NCBI GenBank assembly: GCA_030141605.1
Contig: JAQGDQ010000113.1
Location: 549,187-613,186, forward strand
DNA: 64,000 nucleotides
DNA from: Tubiluchus corallicola
Taxonomy: Eukaryota > Animalia > Priapulida
Direction of reading: 5' to 3'
The notes beneath the pieces are model-generated. The model did no database searches and was not told the DNA's origin. It worked only from the letters and a program-made list of their open reading frames with translations. Made by a program: the position numbers and the translations under genes. Positions within the stretch are counted from its first letter, which is position 1, and each line of letters opens with the position of its first letter. Positions 18,032 through 31,165 of the stretch are shown in pieces.

Positions 18032-19270
18032 TTACCAGTATTGCAATGCAATAGGTATCCAAGGATATCTGACGTAAAATGAATAACGAGAAGCTTTCCG
18101 GCAGTTTGCATTGTACACTAGTGTATTATGGAATAACACATATGGAACACACATGGAACAATGCGCATTTTCATTTTCCCGGAAAATCAAGCACTGGTAT
18201 ACCGCATTTAAGCCCAGTTGCACTTTCCAGAACAAAATGATGTAATGAGAGGCTGAGGAAACAAGACCTACTTACATACGTTCCATAAAAACAGCATATT
18301 TAAAAATAGTTTTTGGACTGATCCCAAGGTTGGGAACCCAAGTTTTAGACCTGTGTGACCAAAAATAAAAATGTGATGCTTACAAACAGCAATTTCAAAA
18401 AATGCTAAAAATAATGTTTTTCTTAGGCATATGTTTAAACGAATTCAAAAAACACAATAAAGGAGAGCAAATTGAAAAAAATAAATGCAAGAAACAAAAA
18501 AATCCTGTATCCTGCTCTGTTCTAGATTGCAAATCAGATACGGAGTTTAAGGCAATGGCTTATTCTTTTCAAGATTGTAGTTCAAATGGATTTTCGACAA
18601 CTAAGCACATGGTGCACTTAGTAAAGAGATCCATTAAGACATCAAACTAAAAATTATGCGAATGCCAATCATTCGAATTTGTTATTATAAAACAGAGTTT
18701 AAGACTAACCAATAGTAACAGAATAGGCCTAGTTAACAAAAATTTGGCTGATTTTTTGTCCCAAATCTACCTGTTCCTTTTCCAATTAACCAAATTTTAT
18801 GTCTCTCTTGCTTGAATAATATATTGTTATTTGCAATGAAAACATACTGTTGTACAAATCGACTGAAGTTGGTTAGAATTCCTACTTAACAGTGAAATCG
18901 CTGAAGCATTGAATTTATCACATTAGATAAAACAGTTTGTCAGTTAAAACGAGCACCCTTGAAATGGTTATTATAAAGTTTGAAGTTGATTAAACGTAAC
19001 AAACATCCACCTATGACCGTTCTGTAAGTTCACAGACAATGAATAAGCCTATATATTGTAAGAGCACTCAGTAGGACAGCAGTGTGGTTCTGTAGGAAGA
19101 AACTAGTCAATTTTGCAAGATGAACATTTATTATCAAGCTGGTCAAGTTATTAAACGTTATGCGAAACGCGCTACGTTTACGAAAGCAATGATTTACACA
19201 CGAAACACCAAAATATCATGTGAGAGGCAACAGAACAATTAAAATAAATGTCACTTATCACACTACTTAC

Positions 19271-19351
19271 TTAACACCAGCAATTCACGATCGGCAAAAT
19301 GGCGGACGTGGAAGAAATTTCGTTGTAAGACACGTCACGTGTCACGTGACA
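19271..19351 (-). promoter_or_regulatory. ARF1 non-coding exon 1 and core promoter
   Basis: Minus-strand donor GTAAGT at 19270-19265 (acceptor at 17937); YY1-type CCGCCATTTT (19296-19305); tandem E-boxes ending in palindromic TGTCACGTGACA (19340-19351); CpG-rich patch in AT-rich DNA. Confidence 0.65.
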
Positions 19352-20626
19352 GTGAGTGGGCCAGGGCATTACTCATCCTGCCATAGATACATTGATCTTA
19401 ATTTCCTATTTGTGAGTTGATGATAAAAAGTAAAAATTGAAAAAATGAAATCATATTTTAAGGTCTTTTGGTCAAATTCTACGTGGCCATATAATCACAA
19501 ACGCCCTCATTTTTTGGCGTTGCCGGATGATCCATCAGCAATGATAATTATGCAGCGTGTCTAATGATTTTAACAGTACAGCAAGATTGACAAACACTTC
19601 TAAACAAATACATCTGTGCCCTCAAACAGAAGACTATTAAATTTTTTAATGATGATGATGCTGGATAATGATATAAGTAATAAAATCAATTATAAAATAT
19701 GCACATTGTAATCTGTTCAGGTTACACGTGTACAGGTTCTCGTTTCAATTTTGTTTAAATGCCTGTACGATGAATATAATTCGGTGGTCCAAAATAAACT
19801 AAGCCTAGGTTGAATTAAAAAACATGCTGTTGACCTCTTTAGTATTCCAACCTATATATACTATATACTCAAGTATGCAAGTATAGTTTATTTATTCACA
19901 AACAGCATCACTGATGCTTTATATACTACAGTGACACATTAATTGGTCCATGCACTTTGACTGCCTCATGCAGCTAGATCAAGGTATTACCTCTTCTTCT
20001 TTGCAGAATGTATTCTGATTACAGAATTACTTTTCAGCTATGACAAATTTAGCAAACTTGGTCTGCCAGGAGTTGTCAACAACAATTTGTCATATTTGTC
20101 AAGAAAATGTATGCTAAGACATTTGTCATACTCCCGGTGGCGCTTGGGGGATAAATAAATAACTTTGACCTCACTGTTCTCTTTACATCTGCAGGAACAT
20201 GCAAGTTTACTGATACCTATGAATTTAATTTTCTTTGTTACCCTGACGTGAATTTGGTTGCTTAAGCAATCTTGGCATATTAATAATTGATAGCCTCTCC
20301 TTTAAACAGCACCTAACACTGAATGATGGCGAAGCAGACATACTGCTGTCAATTCATGAATTCATTTAAAACATTACTCGACAAACATTCCCCAATCAAA
20401 ACTTTATCAAGAAAGAACTCAAAAACTATAGCTAAACCTTGCATCACTCCCGGCATTCGCAATTCAATTAAAACAAGAAGCCATATGTACGTAACACTCG
20501 TTATCCAACTCACTGTATAAGAAAAATTTGTACAAAGCATATTCAAACAAACTTAATCACATCAAACATGCATCCAAAAAGAGTATTACTCTCAGATCTT
20601 GCTAGCAAACAAAAATAAAAATTGTA

Positions 20627-20930
20627 TTGAACACCCCATTCACGCTAAATGTAAGTTTCTGTTGACGCCAAGTTAAGCATCTGGCCTGTATAAAAGTGGT
20701 CTTTTCCGCTCTTTTACTGGTCCAGTCAGTCTAATCCACGACAGTGTAAACTCTACTTCATCATTAAATTTTTTGAATCTACTTCATGTAATTTGCCAAT
20801 AAAAGTATCGTTTTTCTCACACATCATTCTGTTGTTTATTGGATGGATGTCAGAAGAGTTATAGACTGCTGGTACCGAACCAACGTGGGTAGTTTTAGCC
20901 CTTATCGGCCAGGTACCACCTGCAGTTCAA
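20627..20930. mobile_element. 304 bp MITE-like insertion with TA duplication
   Basis: TA|TTGAAC...GTTCAA|TA; removing it restores the LINE frame NKNKNC-MKQTW. Confidence 0.55.
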
Positions 20931-21439
20931 TATGAAACAAACTTGGAGCATTATCAACGAACTGCTTAAAATTAAAAGAAAGACAAATAATATAATGCCT
21001 AATAACGTTCGTTACAAAGGCACAACTTCATGTGATCCGCGCCATTAAGCTGACTTTGCTAGCAGTTTTTTTTTGGCAAATATTGGTATAACATTGGCGT
21101 CAAGCATAAGTTGCATAACACAACCTGAAAACTGTAAGTATATAAACCATTAATTTGGTGCATCCACAAATAAAAAATTCTCTCTATATCGAGCCAGTTA
21201 GCGAAATCGAGATTTCCCAAGCTATTGATAGACTAGATGTCAATAAAGCAAAAGAACGTTATGACATTCCAATTACCTATTTCAAAATATCAAAGAATAT
21301 AATTGTAACCCCACTTACTAATCTGTTTAATGCATCAATTTTGACTGGTACGTTTCCCAACACTTTAATACTGACAAAAATAATCCCCACAAAAAAGATG
21401 ATCTAAATTAGCTGAACAACTCGACCTGTCTCATTTACA

Positions 21440-22487
21440 GAAAACAGAATACAGAATAATTTATTTGTCTCAATAACACAGTACAAATAGCATTAACAAA
21501 TGATGTGACAGCTAAGAGAGACAGGGTGGCGAAAAGATCAAAAGGTCATCAAGTCTACCACCCTTCTACTAAGTTGATAACAAAACTCTACTTAGATTAG
21601 CACTGTGTGTTATGTAAATTAAGCGTTAAAAATTTAAATATTATTATATTTTATCTAAAGCATTATTCTTGTATAGCAGCAGTTGTTAGTTAGTAGCACA
21701 TGCATATGTTATGCTTGCATAGCTGGATTAATCAGTAATATGTGAAAATGATTTTAAGTTTCAAATTAAAAATTAATCAACATTTTGTCATCTAGCATAA
21801 CTGTTAATAATACTGACCACACGCAGCCATACGCATTGCGAGGGCACGCACAACTTACCACTGGTTTGACTATAAGTGTTTCACTAAACATCTGCAAACT
21901 GAATAACCATCCAAGTGTAAACGTAATTCCATAAGGACATTTTCAGTATATCTCAAATCTTAAGCATCTGGAAATATTAACAAACACCGTTATTAGGATG
22001 TTAAATGATTAACTAGCATAGAATTATAAATCAAAGTATAGCTTAAGATGATTATTAATAAATATAACAAGAATTAATTTAAAAAAATAATGTTCATTAA
22101 TATTTGGAGATTATTTCAGTACGATATTTTTTACTGTTATTTTTAAAGATGGAGAAGATTTAACAGAAGATTCAAGGCTGTTCCACAACTTGACGCCCAA
22201 AAATTGCAAGGAATTTAAACCATAAGATGTTAAAAATCGTTGCTGGAAATAGTGTCCCTTAGTAGCTGCTTCAGTAGTATACGAGTGTGAACCTCTAATT
22301 ACATGTAGTGTAAAGTAGCTAGCATACAAGGACGGCAACGTATTATTTTCATACTTGTACATAAACTTAAACAGCTCTACTGAGGCACTGAGGGATAAAC
22401 GAGGGCGTGACATGATCACGTATTTTTGCAAACGTCATTTGTTTATCGATTTATTATGGATAGTATTTAATGCAATATTTCAACTAA
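21440..22487 (-). mobile_element. 5'-truncated LINE (CR1-like 3' end) nested antisense in the older LINE
   Basis: C-terminal ORF2 motifs (LFKFMYKY..LP..YF..HSYTT..GVKLWNSL); tail AATAAA followed by ATTCTGT-like repeats; 7 bp TSD ATTTACA at 21433-21439 and 22488-22494. Confidence 0.82.
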
Positions 22488-23259
22488 ATTTACATTACTC
22501 ATTGGTAAAATTTTTGAATCAATCTTGTATAAACGCCTGGTGACATATTTAATAAAAAATGACACAATATCATGTTTTCAATTTGGTTTCCGCAAAAATC
22601 ACTATACAATACTAGCAACTGCTGAAATCATAGACAATCTTCCGACAAACTTAGACAACAAATTACTTACCTGTGACTTTTATAAAGCTGGTAAGCCTAT
22701 GTTTAGGTTTGGAGAAAAGCCTGTGATGAGGGAATGTCGTTTTAAAATTTATAAACAGTATGCTTGCTTAGGTATGAGACAATACTTCTTAACTAACAAT
22801 GCTCTTCAAACAGACTTGACAAACACTTCAGTAACCATCCACTGATGTCCTATCCATCTAATTTGCAATTTAGCAAAATAAAATTCAGATAATCACTAAT
22901 ACCGGTAATACACTTAATTGCGTGCTTTAATGTGAAGTAAGCCTAGGAATGTTTTGCAATTGAATGATATGGAATTATGCGATATTAAGCGATCAACTGA
23001 ACGACTGGGATATTACTTTTGCAGTGTCAGATATAAATTACTGTTAAAACTTGAAGATCATGAACAGGTTGCAAAGTCCTTTATTCCTGTATTAACAAAG
23101 TAAAGTAAAGTAAAGATGATCCATCCTCTGTGGTCGATTCATTTTTAAAAAAACCTCAAAATCCTAAATTTGGGATGGAGTCTTCACCCACTGCATTCAT
23201 GTTCCCTGCTAGTTCCTAGTTTAAAAATAAGAATGCATATTGCTATTATCTTATATTTG

Positions 23260-23730
23260 TAGACTGGTACCGCGAAACTTTTGTACCGGGAAAATTTGCT
23301 ACGGGGAATTTTGGGTACAGGCAAATTTTGGTACTGGGAAAATTTGGTATAGGTAAAATATGGCACTGGTAGGTACAGTACTGGAGAAGGGTGTGCAGAC
23401 ATTTTGAAACAGACATTTCGTCACAGGTCATTTCGCCACAAGACTTATGGACACAAAGGTCATTTATGACACATAGGTTATTTGGACACAAAGCGATTTG
23501 GAAACACAGAACATTTGGACAGATAGGGCCTTTTGACACAAGAACATTTGGACACAAGACCATTTGAACACATGAGACATTTGGACACATAGGACATTTG
23601 GACACAAGGACATTTGGACATAAAAACATTTGGACACAGTTATTTGGATGTGTAAGCTCTTTACACTAGAAGTTTTGGACACATGGGACATTTGAGCACT
23701 TGGTATTTTTGGCACGGGATATTTAGACAC
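23260..23730. repeat. Minisatellite-like array (AAATTTGGTAC-type units, then ~20 bp GACATTTGGACACA units)
   Basis: More than ten degenerate CATTTGGACAC motifs; they generate the spurious CPNVL-repeat ORFs. Resembles subterminal repeats of non-autonomous DNA transposons. Confidence 0.8.
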
Positions 23731-25357
23731 GTAGACTTTGTTTTTTAAGTTTTGAAATTGTAAAAATCAGTTAATGTTAGTTTTTCGAAGCCCACAAAAA
23801 GATAATTTCAAAAAAGTGCACAACCAATATAATTATTTTAATTACAGGACAACCTACAACTAACTGTTATTATAAGTGCTCTCATTGTGTCTGATCAAGT
23901 AAACATTTTTACAGAAAGTCGTCAATCTGCAAACAGGAAATCAGCACTCAGCGGCTCGGTTAACAGAAAAATCTTTTCCTAGAAAAGTTTTTTGTCAGAA
24001 AAATTTTTACTAGACGAAAAAATTTCACAGAAAATATTTCCTAAAAAATTTAGCAGGAATTTTTTTTCCAAAAATTGCCATTTCCTAGTTGCAGTCACTT
24101 TACTGTGCTTTGTGCCACTTGTTAACAATTGTTTGATAACTGATTTACTTATTCATTAGTTATTGAATGTCTCATAAATTGGCAAGATGTCATGGATAGA
24201 GACAAAAAACTAATGTTTTTCATTGACTGCGTTCAACTAATGAATGTGAAGAACGCTACTGTCAAAATACCAACCTGCCATCAGGTCGCGAGATAATGCC
24301 AGTGATGTATTAACTTATCACCTTATCACTGGAGACGTCGGTAACAGTTTCTTAAAGTTTTCGAGAATTTCTCACCTCACAATGTGTTCGTGTTTTCGCT
24401 CTTAAGATATCTGCATTTCTAATAAGTAAATTAATATTTGTGCTATGATTGCTTTTTGGAATTCCTTGAAGTTCAAAAGTCAAGCTCCGAAGATTGGAAT
24501 CTCTAGGACATCTCAGATTACCATGTGAAGCAGCAATAAAAACCGCCTTAGAAGAAATCATTACAAAAAACAAACCAAAATACTTGGATAGCTAAGCTAA
24601 GCAAATTTTTTTTTGACAACATCAACTAAATTTAGCTTTAGGCGCACAGGAACTTATACGCTGTTACCTACAGGTAGGAGTTTGTGGAATGCTCAATAAA
24701 ATTTAATCGTTCTGCCTCAAAGTCTATGACCGATAAAGAGATAACTTGATGATAAGCTGTTATTAATTTATCAGAAACACTTTAGCTTTAAAATAGGTGT
24801 TAAACTATATTATACCTTATATTGTATATCAAAACAAGATAGCATGTGAAAATCCGTCTGTTTTCCTTTAAATTAAGAATAGTTCTTTTCGAATTACACA
24901 AATGTTTCAGAAGGAATAATAAGTGTTGTGCTAAGTAATTTACGTTGTACGAAAATATTTTTTTGAGATATATTTTAAAATTCCCTTTTCTTCCCCTTTA
25001 ATATTGCAGGACAGGAATCACAGAGATTCGGCGTTAACACTTAAGAAGGTCAGATTAGTCATCTTTGACGATAGCTTCCTAAGCTGCTAGACGTCCATGG
25101 TCTGCTAGGTGATTTTATACCAATAACTAAACTTCTCCACAGATGGCAGCTCACAACAGTCATGCGTTCATGCGTGTCAGCACTGCGTGAATTCGCCGTG
25201 ACATGCAGCGTGAAAATGCATGCATTCCAATAAATTACAATCATGTGAAAGTGAGTTTTAAAGTTTGGTTTGGTTCAGTGGATTTTAGCAGTTCCCATCC
25301 AGGTAGCAAAGAATTTACTTACCTGTTTGATTGTGTGTTGTGATTTTCGTTTCGGTA

Positions 25358-27337
25358 ATGGGCCTGCTATCTGAAGGCTCACCTCTGTCATGGGAGGAGA
25401 CGAAAAAATGGTCTGATCATGTTCACAAGCATGGGATATTACAGTTCATAAGTTTGTATCATAGATTAAAAAACGTTGAACACGAGGAACTAAAATGGGG
25501 GGATGAGGTGGAGTATACTTTAATTAAGTTAAACCACTCCCAAAAGTCTGCCAAAGTGTTGTTAAAGGCTCAGGAGATGTTAGAAATTCTTCAGGCCAAG
25601 GAAAAGGCTGCGGGTTCAGGTCAGGTAGAGGAGCTGCATTCTATTTGGAGGCCGGAATACGCAAGTTATATGGTAGAAGGGACACCTGGAACACCCTATG
25701 GTGGTCTTCTTTCTCATTTTAATATCGTTGAAGCTAATATGCGTCACCGACGTGAGGAAATGATGTCATTGCTTGATAAATCAGCTGGTGAAACAGCATT
25801 GAGTGTAACAGTGTTTCCTCGATTAGGCTGCCCTGATTTTACAGAGCCTCACGCTGATCCAAAACCATACTGCGAGTCATGTGCTTCAAGATCACTTTAT
25901 TTTCCAGATGAAGCCATTTTTCCGGGTCATCCGCGTTTTGCCACGTTAACACGTAATATTCGTTGCAGACGAAAAGAGAAAGTGGCCATAAATGTTCCTG
26001 TTTTTAAAGATATCAATACAAAATCACCATTCCAAGATGATTTTTCTAAATTAGGTGATGATGGTGAGAGAGGTAGGCAAGCAATTCCAGATCATATCTA
26101 TATGGATGCTATGGGTTTTGGCATGGGCTGCTCATGCTTGCAGATGACATTCCAGGCTTGTAACTTAAAGGAAGCAAGACTCTTGTACGATCAGCTAACT
26201 CCTTTGTGTCCAATTGTCCTAGCACTGAGTGCGGCTGCCCCAACTTTTCGAGGTTGTTTAGCAGACGTTGATGCTCGTTGGGACGTTATTGCTAAATCTG
26301 TGGATGACAGGACGCGCGAAGAACGAGGATTAGAGCCTCTCAAGCATAACAAGTTTGTCATTAAAAAGTCGCGCTATGATTCTGTGGACATGTACATAAG
26401 TGAAGGCAATACTTCATGCAATGACGTTGACATTGTACACGATAGAGAGCTGTACGAGATGATGGTGAATGCGGGAATTGATCAAGTTCTAGCAAAACAC
26501 ATAGCACACCTGTTCATTAGGGACCCGGTGTCACTTTTTAGTGAAAAGATTCACCAATGTGATAAAGAAGAATCCGACCACTTTGAGAACATCCAGTCGA
26601 CCAACTGGCAGACAATGCGATTTAAGCCACCACCGCCTTACTCCCCAATTGGTTGGAGGATTGAATTTCGTCCCTGCGAAGTTCAGCTTACCGATTTTGA
26701 AAATGCTGCTTACGTAGTCTTTGTTGTCCTACTGACACGGGTGATTTTGTCTTACAACTTAAACTTTGTGATTCCCATTTCCAAGGTCGACGAAAACATG
26801 GCGGAAGCGCAAAAACGTGATGCTGTGCTACAGGGAAAATTCTGGTTTGCCAAGGACTTGATAACCTGCAATTCACCAGCCGAAGCTGCCACCTGTTACA
26901 GAGGTTGTAAAGTAGTGAAGGCAGAAGAGAACTGGGATTTGATGACCATCAATGAGATTATTAACGGAAAGCTTGGACTGTTTCCTGGATTGATCCCGAT
27001 GATCCAAACATATCTAGAAAGTGTAGAAGTGGATGTTGATACATCTTGTACCATCAACCAGTATCTTAAGTTGATAGAGAAAAGAGCTTCTGGGGAATTA
27101 AAAACATTTGCTCGGTGGTCACGTGATTTCATTCAGCACCATCCCGACTACAAACATGATTCGATTGTGACAGAGAAGATTAACTATGATTTCATGGCTC
27201 TCTGCGATGAAATTAGCACTGGTGCTGTTTCGGGTGTTGATTTGTTTGGCGTGAAGATTACTAAAACAACAGACAATGTGCCTACTGCAGTGCTGAAAGC
27301 AAACAAAGACAGGAATCACATGTATGAAACGTCGTAA
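25358..27337 (+). CDS. GCLC: Glutamate-cysteine ligase catalytic subunit, 659 aa, single exon
   Basis: Starts at ATG 25358 (MGLLSEGSPLSWEE); motifs LKWGDEVEY, WRPEYASYMVEGTPG, IYMDAMGFGMGCSCLQMTFQ, HFENIQSTNWQTMRFKPPP, GWRIEFRPCEVQLTDFENAA; uninterrupted ORF. Confidence 0.97.
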   Translation: MGLLSEGSPLSWEETKKWSDHVHKHGILQFISLYHRLKNVEHEELKWGDEVEYTLIKLNHSQKSAKVLLKAQEMLEILQAKEKAAGSGQVEELHSIWRPEYASYMVEGTPGTPYGGLLSHFNIVEANMRHRREEMMSLLDKSAGETALSVTVFPRLGCPDFTEPHADPKPYCESCASRSLYFPDEAIFPGHPRFATLTRNIRCRRKEKVAINVPVFKDINTKSPFQDDFSKLGDDGERGRQAIPDHIYMDAMGFGMGCSCLQMTFQACNLKEARLLYDQLTPLCPIVLALSAAAPTFRGCLADVDARWDVIAKSVDDRTREERGLEPLKHNKFVIKKSRYDSVDMYISEGNTSCNDVDIVHDRELYEMMVNAGIDQVLAKHIAHLFIRDPVSLFSEKIHQCDKEESDHFENIQSTNWQTMRFKPPPPYSPIGWRIEFRPCEVQLTDFENAAYVVFVVLLTRVILSYNLNFVIPISKVDENMAEAQKRDAVLQGKFWFAKDLITCNSPAEAATCYRGCKVVKAEENWDLMTINEIINGKLGLFPGLIPMIQTYLESVEVDVDTSCTINQYLKLIEKRASGELKTFARWSRDFIQHHPDYKHDSIVTEKINYDFMALCDEISTGAVSGVDLFGVKITKTTDNVPTAVLKANKDRNHMYETS

Positions 27338-29515
27338 TTTAACTGGATAAGTCAAGTTATGTATAATAATTATGGGAAAAGCTAATTATAACTTTTATGC
27401 TATTCATTTCAATTGTTTTCCACTGAAAACTGGAGTAGTATTTCACATATGGTAATGGCAGTGTTTGTACAACTGTGTTATTTATAAGCTGGACTCTAGA
27501 ACTTTCTGCATGTAGTACTGCACGAACTTTGAACAAGTTATACACTAACTGCCATACAGATTGTTAGAGACATAAATAATATTATAGTGTTGGCGTTTGC
27601 CACCGGTGATTCAAATAACATAAATGTTAGCTATTGCGCGTATATCTAAATCTAATATTAAATTAGAGAATATAGAAATTCTTTGCCATATTTTTCTTTC
27701 CACTTTCTGCTTGGGCCAGTACAACTGTTCATGAACATTGTTAGGCAATCAGTTTTGTATTAGAAATTGTTCCTTTTTACAATAACTAATATTTTTTCTA
27801 TAAATTTATCCTAATCATTTTTGCACAAGGACATTAGCTAAACTACAGCACAAAGTAATGATCCTTAGTAATTGTTAAGATTATGAGAAATGATTACCAT
27901 TAAGAAAAAATAATTGATTACAGCAAAAAAGAAAGCTAGGCAATATATATATACATATAGTTACAATCTTTTCATGCTTTTGACAAAAGTGTGTTCAGAA
28001 AATGTTGTCACCTTGTTGGTACAATCTAGAATATTTTTGTCCAGTTATTTCCACTATTGGAACAACATTTGACTAATCTTGTAGTATCGGAAACACATGG
28101 TTTACACATAATGATAAAAAATATTGCTACAGTTTTGGCAAGTCCACATTTCCATATCTTATCCATATTTGCAAAAATATTGGGACAAATTTGGTACAAT
28201 AGTGCCGTGCTGCCTGGGAAACCGGACATTTTGTATTGCACAAAAGCACCCATTATCTTTGAAATAGAAAATATTTTTGTAAATACACCTTTCAGTCACG
28301 CCTGTAAAGTGTGTATGTGCGATCACACGTGTCCTTGTAAGCTACTGTATCCTGTAAGCGTATTATAGAAATTGCTACGCATTTGTTTACCAACATGTTT
28401 TTTCTTTCTGGGCAAAAATATCTTTCAAAATTTCACACAAAGAAAGCGGCATGATTGAAATTATTATAATAATGTGTAATCCCTGGTCAGTTTGTGCATG
28501 CGTGATAAAAGATATTGATAAGCAGTAGGCACTAGCAATTGTATTTAGACGCCAAAGTAATTTATGTCCCTGAAATCACAGCTTTTTTATTTACAGTCGA
28601 TAGTGGTTGTCATGGTAACAAATACAATCACTGTTACTATGGTTTCTGTACATTATGGATAATTGATATTTCAAGCCTTAATTTATCAAGCATAGGAGCA
28701 AATTATTTTTGATAAAAATACGAGCTTAATTAACAAGTTATTAAAATAGCTATAGCTAAAATTTAAGAGACGGTCTTGTATTTGTTTTACCTAATAAATG
28801 TGCAAGTATTTTGAAAGTACATGTCACTCTTTGCCTAGATATGATGCGATAAGTTTCTCAGTTATTTGTATAGCATTATAAGGAACTTGAACATTTAAAA
28901 GACTGTGATTTTCTATAGAACTTGTGCTGAATACAGATGTGGGATAAGAAATGTTACCAAGTTGGGTTAAACTTGACAGTCATTCAATGAATAATAAGAT
29001 ATAATAATCATCATTCATCTGTATGTTGTCAGTTAATTGTTGAACTATAATGTTATAATATATTTTTTAGAGTTTATGATATGTGTTTTATCTTTTCTAT
29101 TGGATTTGTATGAAACATTATTTGTAAAATGCAGGAATACAAGATGAGGTAGATAGCTTAGTGGCTATAATAATTATATTCTGTTACAAAATTAAGCAGT
29201 GCTGGACCTGCTTAGTAAGTGAATGTGTGAATGCCAGAAAAAGTGTTTCTGGGCCATTTTGTCTGCTGTACTGTCCCACACTATCTCATTGAAAAAAGGT
29301 GCATATACATCTGAATGTGGTCAAGACACGTTTACTGATTCAGTGTATTCAGAAGTTTGGTTTTGAGAGGGAACTAATTCCGGTCCAGCCTCACACAGCA
29401 GCATAATAAGTTTAGTCTACCGTTCAGTACTTGCACAGTGCCGAAGTTTAAAAACAAAATCGCTTTGCACAGGCTATTCGCTTGGGCGCCTCATTGGCAA
29501 TATGATTAGTGAGTA

Positions 29516-29900
29516 TACAGGGTGTCTCATATGTCAGCATACACTTCAAGTTTTCTGTGTTTTTTAACAAACAAAGCAAAATGTTTGAAAACTGGTACAA
29601 ACGAACTAAAAGTTTGGACACTTCTTTTAGTCAAGTTAAATAAAATTAGAAAAGAACTACGGCACTAGTAGGATTATGAATGTTCGCTAGCTTCCTCAGG
29701 AACTTAAAGAGCTTCAGTGACCAACCCAATGGCAAGTCACGCTCTTAGCTTGCATTGAGAAAGTCTCTCATAGCTCATGAGTGGTGAGGAGGGCTGCATC
29801 TTGTTGAAAAACTACATTGTTAATAGTGAGATAACAATCTTCAGTTAGTGATCTACTATTTCTAACATTTTTGTCGTCGCCATAGCTGCGGGATTCCAGA
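29516..29900 (-). mobile_element. Tc1/mariner-family transposon remnant
   Basis: TA+CAGGGTGT terminus at 29516; minus strand reads NVVFQQDAA and, across frameshifts, RDFLN..WVG, matching the FQQDGAPPH..LN..WIG DDE motif. Confidence 0.65.
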
Positions 29901-30996
29901 TAAAAAATAAGAAGAATTACGAAAGGCTCCATTTGATTTATGTAAGAGCTTGCTGAGATTGGAGAAAATTTTAAAAAGAAAATTCGAAATCAAAGTGTAT
30001 AGTGACTTATTATGAGTCACTGTATTTACACAGTGTAGTAGCTAACCAAGATGTTACAGCTTTCGCGAGATCACCTAATAATGGTGGATTGGCTATTTCA
30101 GAGCTAAATTTTTTACCGAATGTCTGTTTTTGGTTTTTTCGTTCAAATTGTCTTTATGCAGGACACACTTTTTGTTTGACCGAAAGAAATTTAGGTCATT
30201 GTCATGCGCAGATGTTATAAAGCCTTATACGACGCAGTAAACATCGTTATTTCTATCATCAAACGATTTGTAGACTTTTGGCAGGCAGAATTCTAACAAG
30301 GAATCTGCCTTCGAGACAGATAAACACATGAGTTAATCCAGCACAAAAACTCGACCGTGCTATGCAATGACGAGGCATTTTGCGTGGCATGCGCTGACAC
30401 TATACAACTATCAATGCTTCTTAGTACGAGCCTGCAGTGTACATTTCGATTGATTTGGCCTTGTACATTGAAAAGCAAGCTTGGAGATGCTGAGTCATCT
30501 ATGTCTATCAAACCTAACAATTTTACTTGCCTGTTGAATCCTAATAATAGGGGAATATAATGTACCGCTTAGTTCACTTCGCTAAAGGTAGAAATTGAGA
30601 AATTAACTTTAATAATTTACCTATCAAAATACAGACAATGAATGCATCGAAATTCAAATGAAAAATAGCATGTTTGAGAGTTTTCAAAAGTTTCTCAATC
30701 TATTTACATCTACTCATTATTTGCTAATTTACAAACGAAGACGATAACAATGTTTTTTTAATTATCGTTTGTTTAAATTTCTGCTCAAGGTTTCATTTCA
30801 TTAGTATAGATAAATAGATATCAGGGTTTATTTAGTTCCGTTTCTCTGAAGGAGGGTAGTTTTCACTGTACAGGAACGCTTTTCCCAAACAATGTACAGA
30901 TTCAACTGTAAAGTTGCCCTCCGCGTTACGAAAAATAACTTTAAAAAACGTTCTATGGAAAGTTAAAAAATCGAATAGCCAAATAATAGTGACTTG

Positions 30997-31165
30997 CGGC
31001 GCGTTCAGACTAGAGAGTTCTCGTTTTGAGAGTAAACTCGCAAGTGTGAACGGCTCTGCGAGTTCTCTCGGCAAGTTATTGCAAACTCTCCGAAAGTTCT
31101 CTCACGAGTTTCTTGCAGACAAGCTCTGTTCATTGCGAGAACTCGTCTGATCTCTGAACGAGCCG
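30997..31165. mobile_element. PIF/Harbinger-like MITE, copy 1
   Basis: TIRs CGGCGCGTTCAGA...TCTGAACGAGCCG followed by TAA; internal GCGAGA-type repeats; related to 41155-41316. Confidence 0.7.

Larger units (their letters stand above)
20323..22700 (+). mobile_element. Degenerate non-LTR retrotransposon (CR1/L2-like) ORF2 relic interrupted by two insertions
   Basis: Colinear ORF2 motifs LLDKHSP..KPCITPGIRNSIKTR, MKQTWSIINELL, PLTNLFNASILTGTFP, RPVS..IGKIFESILYKRL, FQFGFRKNH, DFYKA; stops and frameshifts present. Confidence 0.88.

Noticed and set aside
23184-23730. Cys-rich CPNVL-repeat ORFs, or a CRISPR-like array
   Set aside because: Products of a degenerate minisatellite; no unique spacers, no cas genes, eukaryotic context.
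25331-25357. N-terminal extension of GCLC from the TTG start in the ORF track
   Set aside because: Eukaryotic gene; the conserved start is MGLL at 25358.
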